Shown here: positions 17,899 through 27,270 of the stretch, piece by piece
Layout of the letters: every line of letters begins with the position of its first letter
How positions within the stretch are numbered: the stretch's first letter is position 1
From: Bacillota bacterium
GTDB taxonomy: Bacteria > Bacillota > Clostridia > Tissierellales > Peptoniphilaceae
Assembly: GCA_023442775.1 (NCBI GenBank)
Contig: JAEZXH010000004.1
Location: forward strand, 9,511-73,510
Length of the DNA stretch: 64,000 bases
Direction: 5' to 3'
The notes under the pieces: model-generated
Told to the model about the DNA's origin: nothing
Databases searched by the model: none
Seen by the model: only the letters and a program-made list of their open reading frames with translations
Made by a program: the position numbers and the translations under genes

Positions 17899-17911
17899 AG
17901 TATCCTCGCGG

Positions 17912-17939
17912 TTCCAAAATTAAGAGTTCAACGTATAAT
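17912..17939 (+). promoter_or_regulatory. sigma-A type promoter of arginase gene
   Basis: TTCCAA, 16 nt spacer, TATAAT. Confidence 0.55.
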
Positions 17940-17971
17940 AGAGGATATACGAAAAGAAAGGAGACGTCCAC

Positions 17972-18877
17972 GTGAATCCGACAATTCAGAAGAAAATCTC
18001 CCTCATCGGCTGCCCCCTGGACATGGGAGCCTCGATGCGGGGGTGCCGCTTGGGCCCCGAGGCCATTCGCCTTGCGGGGATGAAAAAGCGTTTGGAAAAC
18101 ATTGGCTATGACGTCGTCGACTGTGGGGACGTGGTGGTAAAGAACCACTTGGACCACGAGCGCAGTTCCGAGAATCTCAACCACCTCGAAGAAGTGGTGG
18201 AAGGGGTGAAAAACCTGACCCGCGCCGTCGATGAAGAGATGGGAAAGGGGCGTTTCCCCGTGGTCCTCGGCGGGGATCACACCATCGCCATGGGGACCAT
18301 TCAAGGGGTGCTTCACCACGTGCAAAACCTTGGGGTCATCTGGTTTGACGCCCATGGAGACATCAACACCAACGAAACCTCCCCTTCTGGGAATATCCAC
18401 GGCATGCCCGTTGCCGCCCTCCTTGGGGAAGGGGATGCGCGCCTCGTCGAACTTGGCCCCCACCGCCTCGGGGTGAAGAACCTCGTCCTCGTCGGCAGTC
18501 GCGACCTGGACTTCGGGGAGCGGGAGGCCTTAAAGCGCCTTGGAATTCACGTCTTCACCATGCACGAAATCGACGCCTATGGGGTCCGCGCCGTCATGGA
18601 GGAGGCCCTCGCCATTGCCACCGACGGTACCGATGGCATCCACGTGAGTTTTGACATGGACATCCTCGACCCAGAGGTGGCACCGGGGACGGGAACGAAG
18701 GTGCCAGGCGGCATGCTCTACCGGGAGGCCCACCTCTGCCTCGAGAGCGTGGCCCAGACGGGGAAACTCGTCAGCTGTGAGTTCGTGGAAGTCAACCCGA
18801 TTTTAGACGTGAGAAATAAAACCGCCGAGGCAGCGGTCGCCCTTGCGGGGAGCCTCCTCGGCGAATGGCTTATCTGA
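17972..18877 (+). CDS. rocF: arginase
   Basis: Ureohydrolase Mn ligand motifs GGDHTIAMG, DAHGDINT and SFDMDILDP. GTG start after AAAGGAG. Confidence 0.9.
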   Translation: MNPTIQKKISLIGCPLDMGASMRGCRLGPEAIRLAGMKKRLENIGYDVVDCGDVVVKNHLDHERSSENLNHLEEVVEGVKNLTRAVDEEMGKGRFPVVLGGDHTIAMGTIQGVLHHVQNLGVIWFDAHGDINTNETSPSGNIHGMPVAALLGEGDARLVELGPHRLGVKNLVLVGSRDLDFGEREALKRLGIHVFTMHEIDAYGVRAVMEEALAIATDGTDGIHVSFDMDILDPEVAPGTGTKVPGGMLYREAHLCLESVAQTGKLVSCEFVEVNPILDVRNKTAEAAVALAGSLLGEWLI

Positions 18878-19391
18878 TCACGTCCTTCAAGCGAGGGACG
18901 AGAATTGCGAGAAGCACGATGGAGATGATGGTCTCCGGAATCATGTAGGATGCGTTGTAGGTCAAGGAATAGACGAGAGGGCTCACCCCTTCTGGGGCAT
19001 AGGACCCGAAGACGAGCCAACCGCTGACAAAGTGGGCGAGAAATCGTCCGAAACATCCGAGGAGCGTCCCCGCCGCAATGGAGGAGAGACGCTCTTTTTG
19101 TGCCACGCCGGCAAGACCCAAGAGGCCAAAGGCGAGGGGATAGTCGAGAACCATACTCGCCGGGTGGAAGAATTTTCCTCCGAGGAGGAGTTGGAAGACG
19201 CCGTAGAGAACCCCGAGGCCCACCCCTTCCTTCGGGCCAAAGAGGATGGCGAAGAGGAGGATGGGCACCATGGATCCGGGGGTGATGGTCCCCCCTTGGG
19301 GCATTTCGTAGAGTTTAATCATGGAGAGAATCTGGGCGAGGGCAATGCACAGACCTCCATAGGCGAGAAGACGAGTGCGGGAGGTGGACAT
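18870..19391 (-). CDS. thiT: thiamine ECF transporter S component
   Basis: 6-TM protein located directly downstream of a TPP riboswitch. Start set to ATG 19391 after GAAAGGAG. Confidence 0.8.
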   Translation of the reverse strand: MSTSRTRLLAYGGLCIALAQILSMIKLYEMPQGGTITPGSMVPILLFAILFGPKEGVGLGVLYGVFQLLLGGKFFHPASMVLDYPLAFGLLGLAGVAQKERLSSIAAGTLLGCFGRFLAHFVSGWLVFGSYAPEGVSPLVYSLTYNASYMIPETIISIVLLAILVPRLKDVIR

Positions 19392-19528
19392 AAAAAATAC
19401 TCCTTTCACGGATGAGAAAAGGAGCGTCTAAGGCGAGAAATCGCTACGCTGGCATGATCCAGATCAGCTCAAGGGTCGAACAGAGTTCCTCTCAGCACAT
19501 GGCTCCCCTTTTCTCAAATCATAGTCTT
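19392..19528 (-). promoter_or_regulatory. TPP (THI-box) riboswitch
   Basis: The minus strand reads GGGGAGCC..GCTGAGAGG..ACCCTTGAGCTGATCTGGATCATGCCAGCGTAGCGA, matching the THI-element core. It is preceded by an extended -10 TGGTATACT. Confidence 0.9.
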
Positions 19529-19677
19529 ACAAGGAGTATACCATAAGAGAAGGGGCGAGGAGCTCCTTTTGAAAAACTTGAGGGAAAAAACATTTTTCGC
19601 GAAAACTCCTGCGTAAAAATCACCGGGGGGTATGATGGAAACGAAAAGAGATGTCGTATTGACGAAAGGAGGCTAGG

Positions 19678-19951
19678 ATGAAAGGACAAGGAAAGAACAT
19701 CTTCATCATTCTCTCCCTGGGGATTGCGGCAATTGCCCTGGGATTGGGCTACGAGTTTTGGGAGGAGTTGGCCCTACACGAGGCGGACCTTTGAGATTCT
19801 CCTCGTCCTCTGGGGGGTCGCCTCCCAGAGCATCCTCGAGCGAGAGATGAAGCGCACAGACGACGAGGCCCATCGCCGCCTCCTCTTTCAAGAACGATGC
19901 GCGAATATCTTCAACCTGATTTCCCTCTTCGTGTTATCGAGGGCACTGTAA
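19678..19951 (+). pseudogene. frameshifted small membrane-protein gene
   Basis: A good RBS (GAAAGGAGG) and ATG 19678 give a 38-aa TM peptide that stops at 19792. The hydrophobic reading continues in the +1 frame to 19951. Confidence 0.4.
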
Positions 19952-19979
19952 CTAAACGGTTAGAATAAACGAAACGAAG

Positions 19980-20232
19980 ATGATGAAGCTGTCCACAGTG
20001 CTCTTCGTCATTGCTGGAACGCCGCACTTCCTCTTGATGGGCTTGGCAATATGAGAACATCACTCCTCTCTTTATTCTCAGTTTCATCACTCTCTTGATT
20101 TACGCCCTGGGAACGGACCTTTACTATCGCGCCCTCAAGAAGAGGGAGAAACTCCTCGGACAAAATCAACGAGCGAGCTCCTTTGTCCTCACCGTCTTGG
20201 TGTTTGTGGTCAGAGAAGTCTTTCGCCCCTAG
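19980..20232 (+). pseudogene. frameshifted small membrane-protein gene (second copy or continuation)
   Basis: ATGATG 19980 gives a 24-aa TM peptide that stops at 20052. A start-less 59-codon hydrophobic frame continues to the TAG at 20230, followed by a terminator. Confidence 0.4.
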
Positions 20233-20233
20233 A

Positions 20234-20259
20234 GAAATCCCGGTGATCCGGGATTTTTT
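20234..20259 (+). terminator. intrinsic terminator
   Basis: GAAATCCCGG-tga-TCCGGGATTT-TTT. Confidence 0.8.
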
Positions 20260-20341
20260 CTTGTAGAGATTGGCCTTCATGGAAGTTTTATCCCTCGGAT
20301 GGTATAATGAAGGGATGCTAGAACAAGAGAAGGAGGACGTC

Positions 20342-21517
20342 GTGAAACAGTACTTGCGCGCAAAATATCAGAACATGCCTCAATCGCCCTTTTCCGGGGG
20401 AACGGATCAGGATGAGACCTTCGAGGACTTGGTGAATTTTTCCATTGGGGACCCGGACATTCGCACCCATGAGCTCATCATCGAGGGAGCCTTTGCGGAC
20501 ACCATGGCGGGGATGACGAATTACACCAATCCCCAGGGAATGGTGGACGTGCGCGAGGAGGTGGCGAAGTTCTACAAGGACGAGTACGCCATCGACGTGG
20601 ACACCTCGGAGATTCTCATCACCACCAGCGGATGCGAGGCCATGGTCCTCGTCCTTTCCGCTCTTACGGGCCCGGGAGACGAGGTCATCATCCCCTCTCC
20701 CTTCTTTGGGGTCTATCAAGATCAGGTGGATTACGTCGGGGCGACTCCCGTCTTTGTCGAGACGCGCCACGAGGAGAACTTCGAGCTCTCCCCCGAGGTT
20801 TTGGAGGCGGCGATGACGGAGAAGACGAAGCTTCTCATCCTGAACACGCCGAACAACCCCACCGGAGCGTGTCTGACGAAGGAGAAGATGAGAAAGATCT
20901 ACGACATCTGTGAAAAACACGATGTTCTCATCTTGGCCGACGACATCTACACCATCTATTCCTACGCCGAGGACTTCGTCCCGATGATGGGGTTTGAACC
21001 CCAGGAGAGAAAGCGCGTTATCACTGTGAACTCCTTCTCCAAGGACTTTGTCATGACGGGATGGCGCATTGGGAGCATCATCGCCCACAAGGACCTCATC
21101 AACGTCTTTATGAACCTCCACAGTGCCATCATCTTCTCCACGCCGACGGTGAGTCAACGGGCGGGACTCTACGCCCTTCGCCATCGCCACGAGATTCAGC
21201 CGGCGCTCACCGCGGAATTCAAGGAGCGGATGAACTACGCCTACGAGCGCTTGAAGGCCCTTCCCGGCATTGAGATTTCTCCCCCACGAGGGACCTTCTA
21301 CCTCTTCCCCAAGGTGACGGGGACGGGGCTGAGCTCTGAAGAATTTACGAAGGCCCTCCTCCACGAGGCCCACGTCCGGGTTATCGACGGGAAGAACTTC
21401 GGCCCGGGCGGGGACGGCCACGTGCGCTTTGCCGTGACCCTCGGCCTTCACCCGATGAAAGAGGCCTTTGACCGCATTGAGAAGATGAGCATCTTCCAGA
21501 AAGGAGACCACCAATGA
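20342..21517 (+). CDS. class I/II PLP-dependent aminotransferase (aspartate/aromatic type)
   Basis: NSFSKDFVMTGWRIG lysine motif and NPTG. GTG 20342 follows AAGGAGG. An extended -10 TGGTATAAT at 20300-20308 argues against the upstream ATGs. Confidence 0.85.
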   Translation: MKQYLRAKYQNMPQSPFSGGTDQDETFEDLVNFSIGDPDIRTHELIIEGAFADTMAGMTNYTNPQGMVDVREEVAKFYKDEYAIDVDTSEILITTSGCEAMVLVLSALTGPGDEVIIPSPFFGVYQDQVDYVGATPVFVETRHEENFELSPEVLEAAMTEKTKLLILNTPNNPTGACLTKEKMRKIYDICEKHDVLILADDIYTIYSYAEDFVPMMGFEPQERKRVITVNSFSKDFVMTGWRIGSIIAHKDLINVFMNLHSAIIFSTPTVSQRAGLYALRHRHEIQPALTAEFKERMNYAYERLKALPGIEISPPRGTFYLFPKVTGTGLSSEEFTKALLHEAHVRVIDGKNFGPGGDGHVRFAVTLGLHPMKEAFDRIEKMSIFQKGDHQ

Positions 21518-23220
21518 GAATGACCAACCTCTATATGCCCACCCTTCGAGAGGTACCTTCCGATGCGGAGATTATGAGCCACAAGCTCCTCCTTCGGGCG
21601 GCGATGATTCGCCGTAGCGCCTCCGGGGTCTACACCTACATGCCCCTCGGGTATCGGGTGGTGCGAAAAGTCGAGGCCATCGTCCGGGAGGAGATGGACC
21701 GCGCCGGGGGCCAAGAGGTTCTCATGAGTGCCATCCAGCCCCGTGAAATCTGGGAGGCCTCTGGACGCTGGGGGGTCTACGGCCCGGAGATGTTCAAGCT
21801 CTCGGACCGCCACGGCCGGGAATTTTGCCTCGGGCCCACGGCGGAGGAGTACTTCACCGATCTCGTCAAGGGAGAGGTGCGAAGCTACAAGGAGTTGCCC
21901 TTAAACCTCTACCAGATTCAGACGAAGTATCGAGACGAGAAGCGTCCTCGCTTTGGAATCAATCGCGCCCGTGAGTTCACCATGAAGGACGCCTACAGCT
22001 TCGACAAGGACGAAGAGGGGATGCGCAAGTCCTATCAGGTGATGCACGACGCCTACAAGCGGATGTTTGACCGGATGGCCCTCGACTATCGTGTGGTCTA
22101 CGGCGATGCGGGAGCTATGGGGGGCAACTCCTCCCAAGAGTTCATTGCCCTTGCGGAGACGGGAGAAGGGGTCATCTGCTACTCCGAGGACGGCTCCTAC
22201 GCCGCCACCGACGAAAAGGCCCGGGTCTTCTACCCCGATGTGGAGCGAGAAGAACAGCAAGCCCTCGAGATGGTCCACACCCCCGGGGCCTCCACCATCG
22301 AAGAGGTGGCGAAGTTCTTGGGCAGGGAGGAGCGCCGCTGCGCCAAGGCCATCGACCTTCGTGTCCAAGGAGAGCCGGTTCTCGTCTTCATCCCCGGGGA
22401 TCGGGAGCTCAACGAGGTGAAACTCGCCGCCTACCTCGGCGCTGCAGAACACGAAATTGAGATGCTCGACGACGAAGCTATTGTGAAGGAACTCGGCTCC
22501 GCCCCGGGGTTCACCGGCCCCATCGGCATCAACGAGGGCGTGCGCATCCTCATCGACGCTTCCCTCACGAAGATGGACAACCTCGTCGTCGGGGCGAACC
22601 AGACCGACTACCACTTCACCGGGGCCAACTACGGCCGAGACTTCGAGGGAGAAGTGGTGGAGGACCTCCTCATGGTGGCTCCCGGGGACGTGGACGAGAA
22701 GGGAAATCCCCTCTCCTTCGCCCGAGGCATCGAAGTGGGCAACATCTTCCAACTCGGCACGAAGTACTCTGCGGCCCTCGGCGCCAACTTCCTCGACGAA
22801 AACGGGAAGGAACAGCCCTTCGTCATGGGCTCCTACGGCGTGGGTATCACCCGTAGCGTCAGCGCCATTGTGGAACAAAACTACGACGACAAGGGCATTA
22901 TCTGGCCCTTGCACCTTGCCCCCTATTCCACCATCGTCACCGTGGTCAACCCCAAGGACGACGCCCAACTCGCCCTCGGTGAACGGATCTACGAAGCCCT
23001 CTTGGAAGAGGGAGTGGAGGTCCTCTTAGACGATCGGAAGGAGCGCGCTGGGGTGAAGTTCAACGACCGGGATCTCATCGGAATTCCCCTGCGCATCACC
23101 GTCGGGAAGAAGGCCTCGGAAGACGTGGTGGAATTCTCCACCCGCCGGGAGATGGAAAACGAAGAGCTCTCCTCTGAGGAGGCGACGAGAAAGGTCCTAG
23201 GCCTTCTCGCGGAGAAGTAA
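21514..23220 (+). CDS. proS: prolyl-tRNA synthetase (bacterial type with editing insertion)
   Basis: 568 aa. N-terminus MRMTNLYMPTLREVPSDAEIMSHKLLLRAAMIR, class II motifs, and an INS domain implied by the length. Confidence 0.93.
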   Translation: MRMTNLYMPTLREVPSDAEIMSHKLLLRAAMIRRSASGVYTYMPLGYRVVRKVEAIVREEMDRAGGQEVLMSAIQPREIWEASGRWGVYGPEMFKLSDRHGREFCLGPTAEEYFTDLVKGEVRSYKELPLNLYQIQTKYRDEKRPRFGINRAREFTMKDAYSFDKDEEGMRKSYQVMHDAYKRMFDRMALDYRVVYGDAGAMGGNSSQEFIALAETGEGVICYSEDGSYAATDEKARVFYPDVEREEQQALEMVHTPGASTIEEVAKFLGREERRCAKAIDLRVQGEPVLVFIPGDRELNEVKLAAYLGAAEHEIEMLDDEAIVKELGSAPGFTGPIGINEGVRILIDASLTKMDNLVVGANQTDYHFTGANYGRDFEGEVVEDLLMVAPGDVDEKGNPLSFARGIEVGNIFQLGTKYSAALGANFLDENGKEQPFVMGSYGVGITRSVSAIVEQNYDDKGIIWPLHLAPYSTIVTVVNPKDDAQLALGERIYEALLEEGVEVLLDDRKERAGVKFNDRDLIGIPLRITVGKKASEDVVEFSTRREMENEELSSEEATRKVLGLLAEK

Positions 23221-23221
23221 G

Positions 23222-24727
23222 ATGCGAAAAGCCTCCCTCGTCTTGATGGTGGTGACGATTCTCGCCAAGGTCTTTGGCCTTCTGCGGGAGAAGACCCTCG
23301 CCACCTTCTTTGGAGCAAGTGCCACGGCGGATGTGTTCCTCGTGGCCTTTGCTCTGCCCATGGTCTTAACAAACCTCTTGACGGGAGCCATCGGCACGGG
23401 ATTCATTCCCCTCTACGACGACTTAAAGCGCTCCCGAGGCAAGGACCGGGCGGATCTCTTTATGGCGAACCTCGTCAACGTCTTGGGGGTCATGTTTCTC
23501 ATCGTCGCCGTGGTGGCGGTGATTGGGGCCCGTCCCCTGGTCCACATGATGGCCCCGGGCCTCTCTGGTGCCAACTTCGAGCAGTGCGTCCAGATGAGCC
23601 GCTTTGCCCTGGCCTCCATTGCGGTGACCGCACTGGCCAGTGTCTTTCGCGCCTATCTTCAGATTCACGGCCACTTCATCGTGTCCGTCGCCCATCCCAT
23701 GGTGATGAATGTCTTCTTGATGGGAACCATGGCCCTCGGCCGCTATGCTCACAGAGATCTCATGGGGCCGGGAATCTTTCTCGCCTTCGTCCTCCAGTAC
23801 GTGATTTTCCTCCCCGCCCTTCGAAAGACGAGCTATCACCACCGTGTCCTCTGCGACACCCGGGACGTCCACCTGCGCCGCATGGTCCAGATGATTCTTC
23901 CCGTCCTCGTCTCCACGGCGGTGATCGAGCTGAACTATCTCATCAATAAGGCCTTGGCGAGTACCGTCTTTGACGGGGGAATCAGTGCAATGAACTACGC
24001 CAGCCGCCTCATGGATTTCGTGACGAGCATCGTCATCACGAGTATTGTCACCGTCACCTTCCCGCGGATGAGCGCCGCCTTTGCCGAGGGAGATCTTCCC
24101 GGGTTTGGCCGGGAGATGCGGGAGTCCATCGCCCTGATGAGTCTTCTCGTCATCCCCGCGGCGGTGGGTCTCGCCGTCTTTGCCGAACCCATTGTGAGCC
24201 TTCTCTTTCGCGGCGGGGCCTTTGGAGAGCGGGACGTCCTCATTACGGGGCAGGTCCTCTTCGCCTACGCCATCGGAGTGGTGGGCCTCGGATTTCGGGA
24301 GATTCTCTCCAGAGCCTACTACGCCCAGGGACGATTGCGCCTTCCCATGCTAAACTCCGTCCTCATGGTCCTCGTCAACGTCACCTTGTCGGTGATGTTG
24401 CGTCGTCCCTTGGGCCTCGAGGGATTGGCCCTCGCCACGAGTATCTCCCTCTACGTCGGGGCGTTCATCTTCGCGGCGGATTTGTGGCGTAAGGGGCTTC
24501 GCCTCGGGACCCACACCTCGAAGAATCTCGGAAAGATTCTCGTCGCCTCTCTCCTCATGGGGGGTCTTGGGTTGGTTCTTCAACGGCATCTGCCCATTGG
24601 AGGAAATCTTGGCCTCCTCGTGAGTATTGCCCTCTGTGCCCTGGCCTATGGGGTGGTACTCATCGCGCTTCGGGTTGAGGAAGTGAAGATTCTCTTTGAA
24701 CTGATGCAGAAGCGTCGTCGCGCCTAG
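23222..24727 (+). CDS. murJ: lipid II flippase MurJ/MviN
   Basis: 501 aa, about 14 TM helices. N-terminus ...ILAKVFGLLREKTLATFFGASATADVFLVAFALP is typical of MurJ. Confidence 0.88.
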   Translation: MRKASLVLMVVTILAKVFGLLREKTLATFFGASATADVFLVAFALPMVLTNLLTGAIGTGFIPLYDDLKRSRGKDRADLFMANLVNVLGVMFLIVAVVAVIGARPLVHMMAPGLSGANFEQCVQMSRFALASIAVTALASVFRAYLQIHGHFIVSVAHPMVMNVFLMGTMALGRYAHRDLMGPGIFLAFVLQYVIFLPALRKTSYHHRVLCDTRDVHLRRMVQMILPVLVSTAVIELNYLINKALASTVFDGGISAMNYASRLMDFVTSIVITSIVTVTFPRMSAAFAEGDLPGFGREMRESIALMSLLVIPAAVGLAVFAEPIVSLLFRGGAFGERDVLITGQVLFAYAIGVVGLGFREILSRAYYAQGRLRLPMLNSVLMVLVNVTLSVMLRRPLGLEGLALATSISLYVGAFIFAADLWRKGLRLGTHTSKNLGKILVASLLMGGLGLVLQRHLPIGGNLGLLVSIALCALAYGVVLIALRVEEVKILFELMQKRRRA

Positions 24728-24797
24728 GTGTCACACAAGTGTAACCCTAGGGCGATGACGCCTTTTGTTATAATGGAGCTAGTGAAAGGGGGAACTT

Positions 24798-26354
24798 ATG
24801 AGAAGCGTAAGAAGAAACTGGTTGCTTTTGTTCCTTGGAGCCTTCCTTCTGTTTGGAAGTGTCCTTCCCGCCTACGGGGCAGAGGAGATTCAAGTCCTCT
24901 TGATCAAGCCCTCCATCTATTCGGGAAAGAAGGGGCAGGAGCTCTCCTACACCCTGCGGGTCAATCTCCCGCAACAGGTGGAAAAGACCTACAAGTCCTT
25001 TAACGTCACCGTGCGTTTTGACAAGCGCCTCTCCCTTGTGGGGCAGAAGATTTCCGAGCCCAAACAAGGGGATTGGGTCCAATTCTCCAAGGCGAACCTC
25101 GAGGGTTCCGACACCCTCTCCATGAGTGTCAATGACGTGAAGGCCTTAAAGAATCTCAAGGCCCTCGTGGTGAAGATTGACCTGAAGGTCAAGGCCACGG
25201 GAACCTTTACGAACCGTCTCGACGACACCTATGTCCTCTCAACCCAGCGCGTCGATGGGAATGAGGACGCTCGCCAGGAAGAGGTGAGTTCCGTCGTGGC
25301 GTCGGGCCTCGATGGAAAACTCGACGTGAAAGCCCTCCAGGTCGGGGATAAGGTCCTCACCGGCTCGACCTATGGGAAGGCCAAGGTAGAAATCTTCAAG
25401 GATGAGACCCTCCTCGCCGAGGGCGTCGCCAAGGAGGATGGAAGTTTTCGCATCGTCATCAATCCCCAAAAGGAGGGGACGCGCCTAAGAGTCGTGGCCA
25501 AGTCCACCGATGGGAAGGACCAGGAGGCGACCCGTAGCCTCGTCGTCGGTGGGGAAGTGGCGGCAACGGCTCAAGAGGACGTGGTGGACCGGGGCCGTGT
25601 CGAGGCCTATGTGCGCCACGGCAAGGGCATGGACACCTCCCGGGTCACCGAGGAGAACCGGGCGCGCCTCGGTGCCGCCGTGGCCCAAGGGGAGTATCTG
25701 GCCCTCAAAAAGAGCCTCACCGAGTCCGAGGAAAAGGACTGGGTGAAGGAGATCACCGAGGCGATGAAGGCGGTGGAAGCCCCCTACATGTCGGGGTATA
25801 CGAAGACGGCCTTTGGTCCCGGGAAGGAGATCAAGCGCGCCGAAGTGGCCCAAATCTTCCGCCGTCTCCTCGACGGGGGAGAGGACCGGGTCGGTCATTA
25901 CTCCTCCTTTAAGGACGTGAAGGACTCTGCGTGGTACGCCGACGCTGTGGGCTTTATGGAGAGCGCGCGGTTCTTGAGTGGCTACGAAGATGGGACCTTT
26001 AAGCCAGAGAAGGCCATGAGTCGTGCCGAGTTTGCGAGCCTCATGGTGAAGATCTTGGGCCTTAATGGGGAGCTCTCCGAGGGACCGAGTTTCTCCGACG
26101 TGAAGCAAAACCACTGGGCCCGCGGGGCCATCGGCGCCGTCCAGAGTCTGGGCCTCATGAAGGGCGACGACAAGGGGAGATTTCGCCCCGATGCAAAGAT
26201 GAGTCGCGCCGAGGCCTGTGCCGTCATCAATCGCGCCTACAAGCGAAACGCCGATGCAGAATTTTTTGCCAACTATGCAGTCATGCCCTTTTCTGACGTG
26301 ACGAAAAAACATTGGGCCTATGCGGATATTGCCAATGCCGCTGGAGCCTATTGA
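24798..26354 (+). CDS. cell-wall-anchored surface protein with C-terminal SLH domains
   Basis: Signal peptide ending in AYG/AEE. Three SLH-type repeats (FKDVKDSAWYADAV.., FSDVKQNHWARGAI.., FSDVTKKHWAYADI..). Confidence 0.85.
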   Translation: MRSVRRNWLLLFLGAFLLFGSVLPAYGAEEIQVLLIKPSIYSGKKGQELSYTLRVNLPQQVEKTYKSFNVTVRFDKRLSLVGQKISEPKQGDWVQFSKANLEGSDTLSMSVNDVKALKNLKALVVKIDLKVKATGTFTNRLDDTYVLSTQRVDGNEDARQEEVSSVVASGLDGKLDVKALQVGDKVLTGSTYGKAKVEIFKDETLLAEGVAKEDGSFRIVINPQKEGTRLRVVAKSTDGKDQEATRSLVVGGEVAATAQEDVVDRGRVEAYVRHGKGMDTSRVTEENRARLGAAVAQGEYLALKKSLTESEEKDWVKEITEAMKAVEAPYMSGYTKTAFGPGKEIKRAEVAQIFRRLLDGGEDRVGHYSSFKDVKDSAWYADAVGFMESARFLSGYEDGTFKPEKAMSRAEFASLMVKILGLNGELSEGPSFSDVKQNHWARGAIGAVQSLGLMKGDDKGRFRPDAKMSRAEACAVINRAYKRNADAEFFANYAVMPFSDVTKKHWAYADIANAAGAY

Positions 26355-26361
26355 GGTGACT

Positions 26362-26886
26362 ATGATTCTTTGTACCTATGTAAGTAAGACGGGAAACACG
26401 AAGAAGGTGGCCGAGGCCATCGCCGAAGAACTCGGGGAGGCGTGCCGCCTCGTCCCCGCAGAGGAATTGACCGAAGAGGAGGTCTTAGAGGCGGAGTTCG
26501 TCTTTGCGGGGTTTTGGGTGGACAAGGGGGGCCCAGATCCGGTGGGCAAGGCGATGTGCGACGCTTTGAAGGGGAAGACCATTGGCCTCTTTATGACCCT
26601 TGGGGCCTACCCCCACAGCCTCCACGCAGCGAAGGTCTTGGTGAGGACCGCAGAGTCCATTGAAGGGGGAAGCGTCGTCGGCCTTCTCGCCATTCAAGGC
26701 GCCGTGGGAGCGGCGCGAGATCCCCGCCTCGAGGCCCTTCCCGCCTCGAATCACCACGCCCCCAATGCCAAGAACAACCGCCGCCGCGCCCTTGCGGCGA
26801 CGCGCCCCGACGAAGAGGACCTCGCCCGCGCCAAGGCCTGGGCCCGGGACGTCCTCTATGGGGAGTGTCTTCGGGAGAGCCGATGA
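26362..26886 (+). CDS. flavodoxin-like protein
   Basis: MILCTYVSKTGNTKKVAEAIAEEL FMN-loop motif. Start moved to ATG 26362. Confidence 0.75.
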   Translation: MILCTYVSKTGNTKKVAEAIAEELGEACRLVPAEELTEEEVLEAEFVFAGFWVDKGGPDPVGKAMCDALKGKTIGLFMTLGAYPHSLHAAKVLVRTAESIEGGSVVGLLAIQGAVGAARDPRLEALPASNHHAPNAKNNRRRALAATRPDEEDLARAKAWARDVLYGECLRESR

Positions 26887-27257
26887 GACGGGTCTTTCTC
26901 GCCCTCGGGTTTCTCTGTGTGGGCCTTGGGAGCGTCGGGGCCATGGTCCCCGTCCTGCCCACGACGCCCTTCCTCCTCTTGGCGGCGGCTCTCTTTGCGA
27001 AGAGTTCTCCTCGGGCGGAGGCCTGGCTGCGACGACAGAGCCTCTATCGCAACTACGTCGAGGTCTATCGCCAAGAGGGGCCACTGCCTCTGAAAACCCG
27101 GGTGCGCATCGTGGTGACGGTGAGTCTCATCTGCGCCCTGAGTTTTCTTCTCATGAAAAATCCCATTGGCCGCAGTGCCCTCGTCATCGTCGTCCTCGGC
27201 CACTGGCTCTATTTCTTTCTCATCCTCCCGAGAAGGCAACAAAAAAACCCGCAATGA
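26883..27257 (+). CDS. YbaN/DUF454 family inner membrane protein
   Basis: LGSVGAMVPVLPTTPFLLLAAALFAKSSPR is the DUF454 hallmark. ATGA overlap with the upstream gene. Confidence 0.8.
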   Translation: MRRVFLALGFLCVGLGSVGAMVPVLPTTPFLLLAAALFAKSSPRAEAWLRRQSLYRNYVEVYRQEGPLPLKTRVRIVVTVSLICALSFLLMKNPIGRSALVIVVLGHWLYFFLILPRRQQKNPQ

Positions 27258-27270
27258 GCGGGCTTTTTTA
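27241..27270. terminator. bidirectional intrinsic terminator
   Basis: AAAAAAA-CCCGC-aatga-GCGGG-CTTTTTT. The ybaN-like stop codon is in the loop, and the birA stop is 3 nt away. Confidence 0.75.

Noticed and set aside
17174-18463. 429-aa minus-strand ORF spanning the DASS transporter 5-prime end and the arginase gene
   Set aside because: Its Pro/Arg/Leu-rich translation crosses an intergenic promoter region and overlaps two motif-bearing genes. It is an artefact of GC-rich sequence.
20233-21513. Possible T-box leader for proS
   Set aside because: proS overlaps the upstream aminotransferase gene (ATGA), leaving no leader. The region upstream of the aminotransferase is only a promoter and an SD.
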